A DNA stretch of 64,000 bases from the NCBI GenBank assembly GCA_021513695.1, contig CP084166.1, positions 2,400,001 to 2,464,000 on the forward strand. The letters are read 5' to 3'. This document shows, in pieces, positions 21,258-31,248 of this stretch. The position numbers were made by a program, and so were the translations under genes. The notes below the pieces were generated by a model. That model made no database searches and had not been told where the DNA came from. It saw nothing but the letters and a program-made list of their open reading frames with translations. This DNA is from Candidatus Heimdallarchaeum aukensis. Its GTDB lineage: Archaea; Asgardarchaeota; Heimdallarchaeia; Heimdallarchaeales; Heimdallarchaeaceae. The stretch's first letter is position 1, and the number at the start of each line of letters is the position of its first letter.

Positions 21258-22538
21258 TTGGTGAGTCCTATCACTCAAAAGAAGAAATGCCCTGTATGTG
21301 GATATGTGACAAAAGATCATCGTTTAATGAATTGTCCTAATTGTGGAACAGAGCTTATTTTAGATGTTGTTCTTCCAAGCCTAAATGTTCAGGATTCTTT
21401 TTTTGATATACAAGGAAACGAGTTAAAAGAAACACATAATCTAGGGAACAATAGTAAAAAAATTGACCAACCAGCTTGGCAAATAATGGATCAGGAAGGT
21501 GGAGCGACACAATATCCACTATTTGTAAAAAAGGAAGTAAATCTGTATCCTGTAATTCAAATACCCAGAGTTTCATTTGATTTTTTTAAGCAATATAGAG
21601 TTATATATCTAATTCTAATTTCAATACTCTCAATGTTACAATCAGCTTCTTTTTTGTTCCTAATATCGAGTTTATATGTCATGTTAAATCGAATTAAGTC
21701 GTCTAGCGCTGTTTCTATTATTCCATTTTTACTAGTAGGATTAATCTGTTATTCACTATTTTCTTATTTACAATTTAAATTTATATTTCATATAAAGCAA
21801 AAAAACTTCCCAGAAAGAATATTAGAAAAAGATTCTTCCTTTACTAGTTTTGTTCTAATTAATGCTTTACAATTGTTATTTTCCGCTATTCTCTTAGGAG
21901 TAATTTTCTTATTAATAGCAAAATCGGGAGCAAATATTGAGAAACCAATTATTTCTCAACTTATGTTGGGATTAGGGCTTCTACTAATTGTTCCATTGTT
22001 ACTAGTCTTTAGAACAGCAAAAATTTTAAGCTTGATGAGGAAAACAGGGATCTTTCAAAACATGTACGATGCCATTCAATTTTCAAAATTTTCATTAAGA
22101 AGGGGATACGGGATTCTCTTTGTAAGTATATTATTACCTATTTTCATAGTTACTCTTGGGGTCGGATCTATAACTACATGTTTATCTTCTCTTTTCAGAA
22201 TTTCTGGTTACACAGTGTCAGTATTGCATATTGTTACTACTGTATTTTTACTTATATTGGTGTCTGGATTATTCCTTATTTCAAATAATGAAGATGTTGA
22301 TATTTTGTCCATCTATGAATCATACTTGTTTGCTTTCTCCGTTCCACCTAAAATAACTTGGTTAAATAAAGAAACCAATATCGAAAGCTCGAAAGAAGAA
22401 AAACAAGAATTTGAAGATTTATTTAATCTAGACAATGTTGACTCTTTAGTTGAAGTAAAGTACTGCCCAGTTTGTTCAAGTAAATTACCTGATGATGTTG
22501 ACTATTGTGTGAGCTGTGGTCACCCTCTAAGAGAATGA
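21258..22538 (+). CDS. polytopic membrane protein with N- and C-terminal zinc ribbons
   Basis: N-terminal CPVCGY...CPNCG and C-terminal CPVCSSKL...CVSCGH Cys4 ribbons flank about 8 TM helices. Confidence 0.5.
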   Translation: MVSPITQKKKCPVCGYVTKDHRLMNCPNCGTELILDVVLPSLNVQDSFFDIQGNELKETHNLGNNSKKIDQPAWQIMDQEGGATQYPLFVKKEVNLYPVIQIPRVSFDFFKQYRVIYLILISILSMLQSASFLFLISSLYVMLNRIKSSSAVSIIPFLLVGLICYSLFSYLQFKFIFHIKQKNFPERILEKDSSFTSFVLINALQLLFSAILLGVIFLLIAKSGANIEKPIISQLMLGLGLLLIVPLLLVFRTAKILSLMRKTGIFQNMYDAIQFSKFSLRRGYGILFVSILLPIFIVTLGVGSITTCLSSLFRISGYTVSVLHIVTTVFLLILVSGLFLISNNEDVDILSIYESYLFAFSVPPKITWLNKETNIESSKEEKQEFEDLFNLDNVDSLVEVKYCPVCSSKLPDDVDYCVSCGHPLRE

Positions 22539-22567
22539 GAAAAGGATAATAAAAGATGAATTTTCTC

Positions 22568-23305
22568 TCACTTGAATTTTTTTACGAGTTGTTTTAGAAT
22601 TGTTTGTATTGTTTCTATTTTTTCTTCTATTTTCTCCACTCTTTTAACAAGCTTATTGAATTCGTCAGCTGATACTTCTACTTCTCCAGAGACTGATTCC
22701 ATCATCGATTCTTTAATATCTATAATTCCAGGAGCAAGTTCTTTTTTCTTTGTTACTTTAACGTTATTTGCTTCGAGAAGTGTGTAAGCCAAGAAATCAA
22801 ACGTTTCTTGGATATTTTGTCCTGTTAATGCCGATGTTTCACTATAGTAGAAGTTTATTCCCGTTTCAGTCATTAGTCTCTGACAAAATTCTATAGCCAT
22901 TTTCTGTGATACTCTCCTATTTTCTGGAGGAAGATCGATCTTATTAGCTATTACAAAGTAAACTAGAATTCCAGAATTTGAACCTTCAATACTCTCTTCT
23001 AGCCATGTTCGTAGATTAGTCATTGTTTGTTGATCTTGGATATCAAATACCAACAAAGCAGCTATAGCTCCTTTATAAAAAGTTGACCTAACAGCTGAAT
23101 AGCTATCTTGTCCTGCAAGATCCCATATCTGAAAAGTGATGTCATTGTCTTCTACTTTTACTTTTTTTGAAGCAAAGTCAGCCCCAATTGTTTTAAGATA
23201 GTCTCCTGTAAATCCTTTTCCCATATATCTCTCTCTAATAGAGGTCTTTCCTACTGCTCCATCTCCAGCCAATACAATTTTAAAATTCCATTTTTTTCCT
23301 GTCAA
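22568..23305 (-). CDS. Ras/Rab-like small GTPase (eukaryote-type) with C-terminal coiled-coil extension
   Basis: G1 GDGAVGKT, G2 Thr region (TIGADF), G3 WDLAGQ, G4 NKID, G5 ETSA. TTG start 4 bp after the upstream gene's stop. Confidence 0.85.
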   Translation of the reverse strand: MTGKKWNFKIVLAGDGAVGKTSIRERYMGKGFTGDYLKTIGADFASKKVKVEDNDITFQIWDLAGQDSYSAVRSTFYKGAIAALLVFDIQDQQTMTNLRTWLEESIEGSNSGILVYFVIANKIDLPPENRRVSQKMAIEFCQRLMTETGINFYYSETSALTGQNIQETFDFLAYTLLEANNVKVTKKKELAPGIIDIKESMMESVSGEVEVSADEFNKLVKRVEKIEEKIETIQTILKQLVKKFK

Positions 23306-23309
23306 GATT

Positions 23310-23996
23310 TCACCCTTGTTGTTTGTATTTAGCTAATTCTTCTTCTAGCTCATCTATTCTTCTCTGAGCTTCAAGTAATCTCTTTTGGAATGTTTCTCCT
23401 ACTTCCTGCTGAGTTCTTTCAAAGTGTGCTTTTGCTTCTTCTAACTCTTTCCTCATTTTTTCTCTTTCCTCACGAGCTTTCTTTATTTCTTCACTCTCAC
23501 GAACTGTTTGAACAGCCTTTTTGAGCAATGTTTCCAAGTCATCTTTTGAAACATCAAAATTTGAGGAAGTAAGCATCTTTAGAGCGTTAAATTCATCAGC
23601 AGAGATTGTAGGTCTACTTTTCATTAGGTCTTCAACCTTCTCTTGTAGAGCTTTTTTCTCGATAAGTAGATCAGAAACCTGTGCTTTCAGTTGTCTATTT
23701 TCTTCACTTAATTGAGTAGAATTTTGTGTTTCAATATCAAGTGATCTTCTAAGATGTTCAATCTCATCAGAACTTTCTCCTAATTGCTTTATGTATCGAA
23801 CTAGCATAACTATATATTCACGCAAAAGAGGATGGATTAAATGCCAATATTGATGGATTTCTCGTTCAATATCAGATAATCTCGGATCTTTCATGTTTGG
23901 AGGGAGTTTTACAAAAACAGGGTTTTCAACATCAATTTGGGGATAATACTCTGGAATATAATTGTAGATTGTTTCTCCTTTATACTTTTTAAACAT
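23310..23996 (-). CDS. coiled-coil protein co-transcribed with the small GTPase (putative GTPase partner)
   Basis: 228 aa. Globular about 90-aa N-terminal region, then a heptad-rich E/K/L/Q coiled coil. 4-bp gap to the GTPase gene on the same strand. Confidence 0.5.
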   Translation of the reverse strand: MFKKYKGETIYNYIPEYYPQIDVENPVFVKLPPNMKDPRLSDIEREIHQYWHLIHPLLREYIVMLVRYIKQLGESSDEIEHLRRSLDIETQNSTQLSEENRQLKAQVSDLLIEKKALQEKVEDLMKSRPTISADEFNALKMLTSSNFDVSKDDLETLLKKAVQTVRESEEIKKAREEREKMRKELEEAKAHFERTQQEVGETFQKRLLEAQRRIDELEEELAKYKQQG

Positions 23997-24151
23997 AGTT
24001 TAACCTCACTTTTTTAATCAATTATATGTATCAATTACATTTAATAAAAGTTTTATGTCAAAGGAAAAACTAATGAAAGTTAAATTGAGAATGTTTTTTA
24101 AAGTTAGTTAGTAATTCTAAGTAGGCCTAAATAATTTACAAATCTACGATT

Positions 24152-25576
24152 GTGAAAGAAATGAGTGAAGAAAATAAAGAACAGTTTTTTGAGTTAGTGA
24201 AAGAGATAGATGAGATTGTTTTCCAACACATGAAAGATAAAGCTACATCAATAGAGTTTAAACAAGTCTTAAAAAAAGAAAAAAGTGATATTAAACCTAT
24301 TAATTCAATACTTGATGCAGAAAATGAGGAAACAGAGATATCATCAGTTATGGATAATATAGGTATTAATACAAAAAAGGCAAATATTCTTGAAGAAGAG
24401 CAGTTGTTATTAGAAGAAGCAGAGGAAAATAAAATATTTTTACAATTAAAGGACAAGTATCCTGACTATAATATCTATATAAAGCAGATATATTGTTCAA
24501 GTAGCTATCAAGAGGACAGAGTAATTCAGCTTTTACAAAAAGATCTAACCTCGCTCAAAGACATACGAATTAAGAAAAGTGAGATCAAGTTTTTTCCATT
24601 TTTATTGCATAATATTAAGTTTGTATTAGAAAAACCATTTTCTATTAGTTTTTACGATTATGAAATCCCTATCTATAGAACTTTACAAGAAGAAAAACTG
24701 CGTTTTTATCCAATAGGAGAATATCCTTTTGAAGAAAGAGAGAAAATTTTTGAAAATAAGTGGATTCCACTAATAAGTAGTTTGCAACACTCATTAATAA
24801 AATCAATTAATGATGGAAAGTTAGCTGAAAAGAGAGTAGAAAGAATAGATAAAAAAAATATTTCACCTGTTGATTTTAGTAAATTACAAGAATCAATCAG
24901 TGCTTCTATAGATAGTGCAAAGAAAGCTTTTTCAAATCCTAATAAAGAAAACACGTCTAATTTTGAAACATTTTGGCAGAATGAGAAACAGTTCAACAAT
25001 GCTATATTACAATTAAAAAAACAGTTAGTAAATATAGAGCATGAGTTAAAAGAAGAAGATGATAGGATAAAAGAAGAGTATCTAGAATTAAAGAAAAAAC
25101 AAGTAAAATTGAATAAAGAAGCAAAAATGTATAAGCAACTTGAAAATCAAGGAATAAAAATTGAACGAGAAAAAAAAGAAAAAGTTGCAAAGATGTTATC
25201 TGAATTTCAAAGCAAAAAAGAATCAGTTCAGAAAAAACTCTTTGAATTTAAGAAGAAAAAGAACTTGTTGGAGCAACTGACAGAGCTTATTAAAAATAAG
25301 AATATGACTGATTTTGAAAAGAACTTTAGAATGCTCTTCAAGAAAGATGTTGACAATGCATTAGAAGCAATTAAAACAAGCATCGAAGAGCAAGGATCTA
25401 ATATAAATTTAGTTGAAAGTAACCATCTTGAAAAAAATATTAGGTTACATGTTGTTTGGGTTCCAATATTCTTAATAACCTTCAAAGCATCACAAGAGGA
25501 ACGTAAAATAGATGGAAAAGCATTTTATTCAGATTTTGATAATAAAGTCTTCATTATTTCTCCTACCACAAGTTAG
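24152..25576 (+). CDS. hypothetical K/E-rich coiled-coil protein
   Basis: 474 aa with extended charged helical segments and no enzymatic motifs. Confidence 0.45.
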   Translation: MKEMSEENKEQFFELVKEIDEIVFQHMKDKATSIEFKQVLKKEKSDIKPINSILDAENEETEISSVMDNIGINTKKANILEEEQLLLEEAEENKIFLQLKDKYPDYNIYIKQIYCSSSYQEDRVIQLLQKDLTSLKDIRIKKSEIKFFPFLLHNIKFVLEKPFSISFYDYEIPIYRTLQEEKLRFYPIGEYPFEEREKIFENKWIPLISSLQHSLIKSINDGKLAEKRVERIDKKNISPVDFSKLQESISASIDSAKKAFSNPNKENTSNFETFWQNEKQFNNAILQLKKQLVNIEHELKEEDDRIKEEYLELKKKQVKLNKEAKMYKQLENQGIKIEREKKEKVAKMLSEFQSKKESVQKKLFEFKKKKNLLEQLTELIKNKNMTDFEKNFRMLFKKDVDNALEAIKTSIEEQGSNINLVESNHLEKNIRLHVVWVPIFLITFKASQEERKIDGKAFYSDFDNKVFIISPTTS

Positions 25577-25817
25577 ACAATAGTGACTAGATAGCTTTCT
25601 GATTCATTGATTTTTTCTGGATATGTTAGTAATAAGGCTCAAGAGACTAAAACGCAGATATTTCTGAATTCATATTTGATTAAACTTTCGTTCTATTTAT
25701 TAAAAAAATAACAAATTCTTGTGTAAATTAACCATGTGTATATATAATTCAACGTTCTTATCTGAATCTAAAAGTTTAAGAGTTTCTAAACTAGATATTT
25801 TCGTAGACAAAGTGAAA

Positions 25818-26420
25818 ATGATGAAAACGCTTTTCGATAAATCAAAATTCGATATGAAAGTAGAAGAAATTATGACAAAAGGGGTAATTTCTGTTGCCCC
25901 AAAAGCAAGTGCAGAAGTTTGTGCCAAACTAATGATCGATAATAAGATTGGCTCTGTCGTAGTAATAGACAGTAGTAAAAAAATTCTAGGTATCATTACC
26001 AAAGAAAATCTAATTAAACATGTTATAGCACAAAATGCAAGTCCAGAAGAAGTAAAAGCTTTTGAGATAATGTCTGCGCCAGTAATTACAGCTAGAGAGA
26101 CAATAACTATTTCAGAAGCTATGCGAAAAATGTTTAAAGAGAATATCCGCCACTTGGTGATTACTGATTCACAAGGATTTGTAATAGGAATATGTACAGA
26201 TACAGATCTGTTTAAAGTAGTTCCCACTTTAATTCTGATAGAAAAAGAATATTTGCAACTGATGAGAAATGAAGAGGAAGATACTAAAAATGAAGAATTA
26301 GTATCAGGATATTGTGATGACTGTGGAGAATATTCAGATTCACTAATGGAAATTGATGGCCAATTTAAGTGCCCAAGATGTGTCCCAGAAGATATAAACA
26401 TTATGCCACCTGAAATATAG
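25818..26420 (+). CDS. CBS-pair domain protein with C-terminal Cys4 zinc ribbon
   Basis: Two CBS motifs (IMTKGVISVAP...KIGSVVVID..LGIITKENL; FEIMSAPVITA...IRHLVITD..GICTDTDL). CDDCGEY...CPRC ribbon. Start uncertain; in-frame alternatives at 25719 (TTG) and 25734. Confidence 0.75.
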   Translation: MMKTLFDKSKFDMKVEEIMTKGVISVAPKASAEVCAKLMIDNKIGSVVVIDSSKKILGIITKENLIKHVIAQNASPEEVKAFEIMSAPVITARETITISEAMRKMFKENIRHLVITDSQGFVIGICTDTDLFKVVPTLILIEKEYLQLMRNEEEDTKNEELVSGYCDDCGEYSDSLMEIDGQFKCPRCVPEDINIMPPEI

Positions 26421-26447
26421 TCAAAAAATATTCTCTTAAGGGTAGAA

Positions 26448-26930
26448 ATGAAATTCTATGTTGATGCGATGTTTGGAAATCTGTCAAGATTTTTAAGGGT
26501 TTTAGGTTACGATTGCTTGCTACGTTCCAATACTCAAAATACAGATGATTATTTTTGTAAGGTTATAGAAGAAAATAGGATAATCATAACTCGCTCTAGG
26601 GTTCTTTATAACCAAGCTCGCAAAAGAGATATTAAAGCCATTTTCATTAATAAAGAAGGAATTGTAAATATCTTGTGTGAACTGAAAAGGAAAATAAATA
26701 TCAACCTTACTTGTGACCCTAATAATTCCCGTTGTTCAGATTGCAATGGTTTATTAGTTAAAACTGATAAAAACCTTATAAAAAAAGAAGTTAATAGTGG
26801 AACTTTTGAGCACTTTGAAGAGTTCTGGAAATGTAAAAGTTGTGGGAAAATTTATTGGGAAGGAGCTCATTGGGCTGATATAAGGAGAAAAATAAAACAA
26901 GTAAAAGAGTGTGTTGGAAATGAAAATTGA
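26448..26930 (+). CDS. Mut7-C RNase domain protein (PF01927-like)
   Basis: N-terminus MKFYVDAMFGNLSRFLRVLGYD matches the Mut7-C consensus. C-terminal CSDCNG...CKSCGKIYWEGAHW zinc ribbon, as in the family. Confidence 0.75.
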   Translation: MKFYVDAMFGNLSRFLRVLGYDCLLRSNTQNTDDYFCKVIEENRIIITRSRVLYNQARKRDIKAIFINKEGIVNILCELKRKININLTCDPNNSRCSDCNGLLVKTDKNLIKKEVNSGTFEHFEEFWKCKSCGKIYWEGAHWADIRRKIKQVKECVGNEN

Positions 26931-27534
26931 ATTTGAGACAGGAGAATACCTTGTGAAACTAGCTAGAAAAGCAGGAGAAAGTTGGGTTAAGTATAATAAA
27001 GCTATTGACCCTATAGAACCCATTCCTGAGCAAGCAAAAATGAAAACAGGAGCTTTTGTAACAGTAAAAAAGTATAAATTTACTTTAGAAAGCCTAAGAG
27101 GATGTATCGGTTACGTAGAAGGCATTGCTCCTTTATATGAAGAAGTGATAATGCTTGCAAAATCTGCAACACAAGAAGATCCCAGATTTCCCCCAGTAAA
27201 ACCAGATGAGTTGTCAAATTTGCTTTTTGAAGTAACTATAATGACTGTACCAAAAATAATCAATTATAACTCAATTGAGGAATTAATAAGTCAAATAAAG
27301 ATAGGGAGGGATGGATTAATAGTAGAAAAAGGGTTTAACAGAGGACTTCTCCTACCTCAAGTCCCAGTAGAGCAAAATTGGTCTGTTGAAGAATTCTTGT
27401 CTTACACATGTAGAAAAGCTTATCTCCCTACTGATGCTTGGAAAAAAATGGATCTGAAAATTAAGAAATTTCAGGGTGTAATATTCAAGGAGATAGTTCC
27501 TGAAGGAAAAATTGAACAGGAAGTTATTCAATAA
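26911..27534 (+). CDS. AMMECR1 domain protein
   Basis: LRGCIGYVEG motif and overall AMMECR1 length and pattern. Overlaps the upstream gene by 20 bp (operon). Confidence 0.85.
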   Translation: MLEMKIEFETGEYLVKLARKAGESWVKYNKAIDPIEPIPEQAKMKTGAFVTVKKYKFTLESLRGCIGYVEGIAPLYEEVIMLAKSATQEDPRFPPVKPDELSNLLFEVTIMTVPKIINYNSIEELISQIKIGRDGLIVEKGFNRGLLLPQVPVEQNWSVEEFLSYTCRKAYLPTDAWKKMDLKIKKFQGVIFKEIVPEGKIEQEVIQ

Positions 27535-28459
27535 TTTTAAGAATTTTATCAATCTTTTTGAAATCTGGCCTTTCAGCTATGTCAGGAACAAAAATTGGTA
27601 TAGTAACTGGAAGCTTTTGTTCAATTTGGTAAAATAGATTTTTTGACATAACTATTGCTTTAGAATTACTACGTGAATAAAGAGAAAGTATCTCTTCTAC
27701 TCTATCTTTTTGACTTTCAATAAATAGCAAATGTTGTTCCTTAGAACTTTTAGATTGGAGGTCTAATATCAATTCAATAAAATTAAGAAATGTTTTGTTA
27801 AAATCATCCCGAGGTTTGAAAGAACAGATTGTAGTATTTGCTCCACGTTGATACATTTTCAGGATATTAGCTAAATCTTCTTTTTTTCCTTCAACTAGAA
27901 TTAATACTCTTCCTTGGCAACCTACAGGTAATCCTCCTAAACCTTCTTCTTTTGCATGAAACAGGTATGCATCTTTTTCTCTAACCTCAATGAACAGTGT
28001 ATATTCTGGAGAAGTTAAATCCACTTTTAGTTGTTTGCTAGAACATTTTTCTAAAATAAACGATCCAATTTCAGCTGCAAGTTCCATGCTGGTGAAAGGG
28101 TGAGTTCCTACTCTTTTTACTCTTACTGCAAAAGAAGAGTGGGTCTGAATTTCATTAAGTAGCTGCTTTTCAATAACATTTTTGATTTCCTCTAATTCTG
28201 AGGGACATTTTATTGTTTTACTTATACTTTTGACTCCTGGAACAAAAGCACTAACAATTCTTTCAGCTTTTTCCAACTCGTCTGTTGACACAAAAATTCT
28301 GCTATATTGGTTTGAAACCCTAAAATCTTGAATGTTGAAATAGTTTAAACAATATCTAATGTGATTTAATAGAATAGATGTAAACCATTGTCTAGTTTTT
28401 TTACTTTTAATTCCAATTTCAGAGAAACGTACTAGCAGTAAGTGTGGATAGTCATTCAT
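27524..28459 (-). CDS. THUMP domain protein, ThiI-like with degenerate PP-loop
   Basis: THUMP region ...SSFAVRVKRVGTHPFTSMELAAEIGSFILEK. The position where ThiI has the SGGxDS PP-loop reads GRVLILVEGKKED. No SAM-binding motif. Confidence 0.5.
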   Translation of the reverse strand: MNDYPHLLLVRFSEIGIKSKKTRQWFTSILLNHIRYCLNYFNIQDFRVSNQYSRIFVSTDELEKAERIVSAFVPGVKSISKTIKCPSELEEIKNVIEKQLLNEIQTHSSFAVRVKRVGTHPFTSMELAAEIGSFILEKCSSKQLKVDLTSPEYTLFIEVREKDAYLFHAKEEGLGGLPVGCQGRVLILVEGKKEDLANILKMYQRGANTTICSFKPRDDFNKTFLNFIELILDLQSKSSKEQHLLFIESQKDRVEEILSLYSRSNSKAIVMSKNLFYQIEQKLPVTIPIFVPDIAERPDFKKIDKILKIIE

Positions 28460-28507
28460 TAGTTTTACCTAGAATGAAGGAAGAAACGAAGAATATAAGA
28501 ATAACTA

Positions 28508-28765
28508 TTATTCATTAAAGAAATCTATGCCCTCGATGAATCTTTCTCTTCTCTCTTCTTTTTCTGCTTCGCTAATTTCTATTTCTTCTTCCTCGATTAT
28601 GACATCACCTAATTCACTAGATTTGTGTTCAACTTCTTCTTGTATTTCGTATTTTGAAGTATCGTCGATATCTTTTTCAAACTTACACTTAGGGCATATA
28701 AGAATGCGTTTTTTACCCTTCTTTGCAGGGATTAACATTTTTCCGCAATTTTCACAGAATTCCAC
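28508..28765 (-). CDS. small zinc-ribbon protein (TFS/RpoM N-terminal-like) with acidic tail
   Basis: MEFCENCGKMLIPAKKGKKRILICPKCK resembles the N-terminal Zn ribbon of RNAP subunit M/TFS. The C-terminus is E-rich and lacks the second ribbon. Confidence 0.4.
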   Translation of the reverse strand: MEFCENCGKMLIPAKKGKKRILICPKCKFEKDIDDTSKYEIQEEVEHKSSELGDVIIEEEEIEISEAEKEERRERFIEGIDFFNE

Positions 28766-28956
28766 GTGCTACTCACTTTTTTATCTTGTGATTTTTGGTA
28801 TGTCGCTTTTCACTTTTTAACTTTTCTCTTTAAAACTTTTTTAGCAGATTCTTTATATTTTCTTGTAAATTTTCTAACAATTTTGTAAAATAACAATTCC
28901 AATAACTGCAAAGAGATAAACTTTTGAACTGCTTTTTTTTTACTTATCTGAAAAGA

Positions 28957-30000
28957 ATGCCTAATAAAACTTCTCCTAGAAAAGATGAGCATCTAAAGAT
29001 ATGCAATGAGTTAGACGTAAATTATGATCTAATTTCTCCTGGTTTTGAGAAAGTAAGCATCTCTGATGAGCTTTCAAACTTCTCAGATGTTACTCCTGAT
29101 ATGGTTAAACTTGAAACTTCACTATTTGGAAAAAAAATAGATTTTCCAGTGATTATCTCAGGAATAACTGGAGGTTCAGAAGAAGGAAAAAAAATTAACA
29201 AATCTATAGCTAAAGTTTGTAATGAATTTAATATCGCCATGGGTGTAGGAAGTCAGAGAGCAGCAATTGAAGATCCACAATTGGTATCTACTTATCAAGT
29301 TCGAGAGTATGCTCCTAATATTCCTTTAATTGGGAATCTTGGGGTAGCTCAACTCTTAGATAAAACAAATGGAGAAAAGGTAAAACTTGCTGTAGAAATG
29401 ATTGATGCAGATGCTATAGCTTTGCACATAAATCCTTTACAAGAATATGTACAATATGAAGGAGACAAACATTTTACTAACATGATTCCATCTTTAAGGC
29501 ATATAGTTCAAAACAGCAGTTTTCCTATAATAATAAAAGGTGTTGGTTTCGGATTTAGTTTTAAGGATATGCAAATAATTGGTAAAATAGGCGCAAAATA
29601 TGTAGACATTGCTGGTGCAGGAGGAACAAATTGGACGAAAATAGAACTTTATAGACATAAAAAAGAATTTGGTTTTTCTAATGATTTTGTAAATCTGGGC
29701 ATCTCAACAGTAGAAACACTAAGAAACGCCGTACTTGTGCAACAGACTTATCCTTACAAAATTATTGCATCTGGAGGAATATGGTCAGGAATAAATGCTG
29801 TAAAAGCTTTGCTTTTAGGTGCTGATTACGTGGGTTTAGCTCTACCAATCGTAAAAGCTTTCTATCATAAAGGAGAAGAAGGAATAAAATCTTTTCTTTC
29901 AACTTTCATAACTGAAATGAAAATAGTTTTAGCTATGATGGGTATTAGAGACTTAAGTCAACTAAATAAAAGAAAAAAGAAATTCTTATCCCACCAGTAA
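28957..30000 (+). CDS. fni: isopentenyl-diphosphate delta-isomerase, type 2 (FMN-dependent)
   Basis: N-terminal RKDEHLKI. TIM-barrel FMN oxidoreductase pattern (AMGVGSQRAA, GAGGTNW, IIASGGI). 348 aa. Track start 28924 is TTG; ATG is at 28957. Confidence 0.88.
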   Translation: MPNKTSPRKDEHLKICNELDVNYDLISPGFEKVSISDELSNFSDVTPDMVKLETSLFGKKIDFPVIISGITGGSEEGKKINKSIAKVCNEFNIAMGVGSQRAAIEDPQLVSTYQVREYAPNIPLIGNLGVAQLLDKTNGEKVKLAVEMIDADAIALHINPLQEYVQYEGDKHFTNMIPSLRHIVQNSSFPIIIKGVGFGFSFKDMQIIGKIGAKYVDIAGAGGTNWTKIELYRHKKEFGFSNDFVNLGISTVETLRNAVLVQQTYPYKIIASGGIWSGINAVKALLLGADYVGLALPIVKAFYHKGEEGIKSFLSTFITEMKIVLAMMGIRDLSQLNKRKKKFLSHQ

Positions 30001-30011
30001 ATAGGCTTTAA

Positions 30012-30054
30012 AGTTAGGAATCAGCCTAACTATGATTCGTCATTGTCTTTTTAG
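30012..30054. terminator. hairpin plus T-tract between convergent genes (putative bidirectional terminator)
   Basis: AGTTAGG-aatcag-CCTAACT 7-bp stem (30012-30031), followed by CTTTTTAG. Confidence 0.3.
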
Positions 30055-30139
30055 ACTCAGCAATGCCTTGCTCATCACTTAGGATCAAATGATTTTTGGA
30101 GTATATCTTTCTTCCTATCTCTCCCTTATTTTAAAAAAA

Positions 30140-31072
30140 TTAAAATAGATTAGTACTTAACATTAATGGTGGAATAATAATTAGTACATTGGCGGCTAAT
30201 ATTGCTGCATAAGCAAATTTATTCCAGTTAAGAATTTTTTTTCCGTCTAGCTGCCATAAGGGAATGCAATTAAAAAGCGCAATAAGTCCGTTGAATAGAG
30301 TTATTTTCAAAAAGATATTTTCAAATATAGGTGAAAAAGTCAAAGGTAGAATTGCAAATTTGATAAGTAAACCAATAATTAGACTAACTCCTCCAATAAT
30401 TGCATTTATAGCTGGACCAGCTAAAGCTACAAGTCCGCCTTCTTTTTTAGTCATTTTTCGTCTAGGATCTAAGGGAACAATTGCTACAAAGCCAGGAACA
30501 ATTAAACCTATTTGGAAAATTAAAGTAAATAATGTGAATAGAATACCTTTTGTCCATAGAACATACCTTGCAAATTGTCCTTTTTTAATTGCCACAAATT
30601 TATGAGCTAGTTCATGAGGTAGAAAAGCTGTACCAATAAGGATTCCTGAAATAATAAATCCCCAGTAGTTTCTTTCGAAGATAAATTCTGATATCCCAAA
30701 TACAAGTATAATTAGTCCAAAACCAAAAATCAGGTCTAAAGCTTCTGAACCTAAAGAAAAAATATCAGGAGAAGCTAACAATCTTCTAGTTATTAATTCT
30801 TTTTTCGATTTATTGTCTAAACGAGATAATTGGTCATAGTATGCTTGTTGGGCTTGTTTTTGAACATATTCTGCAGCTTTTTGTATTCCCGTCATTATAG
30901 CAGAAGTTGCTTGCGCTACTGTCTCTGCTTGTTCTGGGAAAGATTGACCTAAAAAGATGGGGCATTGATGATTTTGGGGATCACGATGCTCCTCACAGAA
31001 AGAGTGGTGACAATATCTACAATAAAAGAGTATATCTTCATCTCTATTACAGTTAGGGTAATCGCATTTCAT
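30140..31072 (-). CDS. AN1-type zinc finger fused to M50 site-2-protease-like membrane metalloprotease
   Basis: N-terminal CDYPNC-x9-CRYC-x4-C-x2-H-x5-H-x-C (AN1 spacing). TM-embedded HELAH (HExxH). Distal N-x2-P-x3-LDG motif NCIPLWQLDG, typical of M50/S2P. Confidence 0.65.
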   Translation of the reverse strand: MKCDYPNCNRDEDILFYCRYCHHSFCEEHRDPQNHQCPIFLGQSFPEQAETVAQATSAIMTGIQKAAEYVQKQAQQAYYDQLSRLDNKSKKELITRRLLASPDIFSLGSEALDLIFGFGLIILVFGISEFIFERNYWGFIISGILIGTAFLPHELAHKFVAIKKGQFARYVLWTKGILFTLFTLIFQIGLIVPGFVAIVPLDPRRKMTKKEGGLVALAGPAINAIIGGVSLIIGLLIKFAILPLTFSPIFENIFLKITLFNGLIALFNCIPLWQLDGKKILNWNKFAYAAILAANVLIIIPPLMLSTNLF

Positions 31073-31248
31073 TAGTTAAACTCAATTTAACATAGGCATT
31101 TTAGAACCTATTCATTTAGCAGAAATTTTTCAATGTTCAAATCTAAAATTTTTGAATGAAATAGAATTTTAAAAAATTATAACTGTTTTATTCCAATAAA
31201 ACTTTTAAGGTAGAATCATCTAACATTTTTTAACAACTCAATTTAGGT

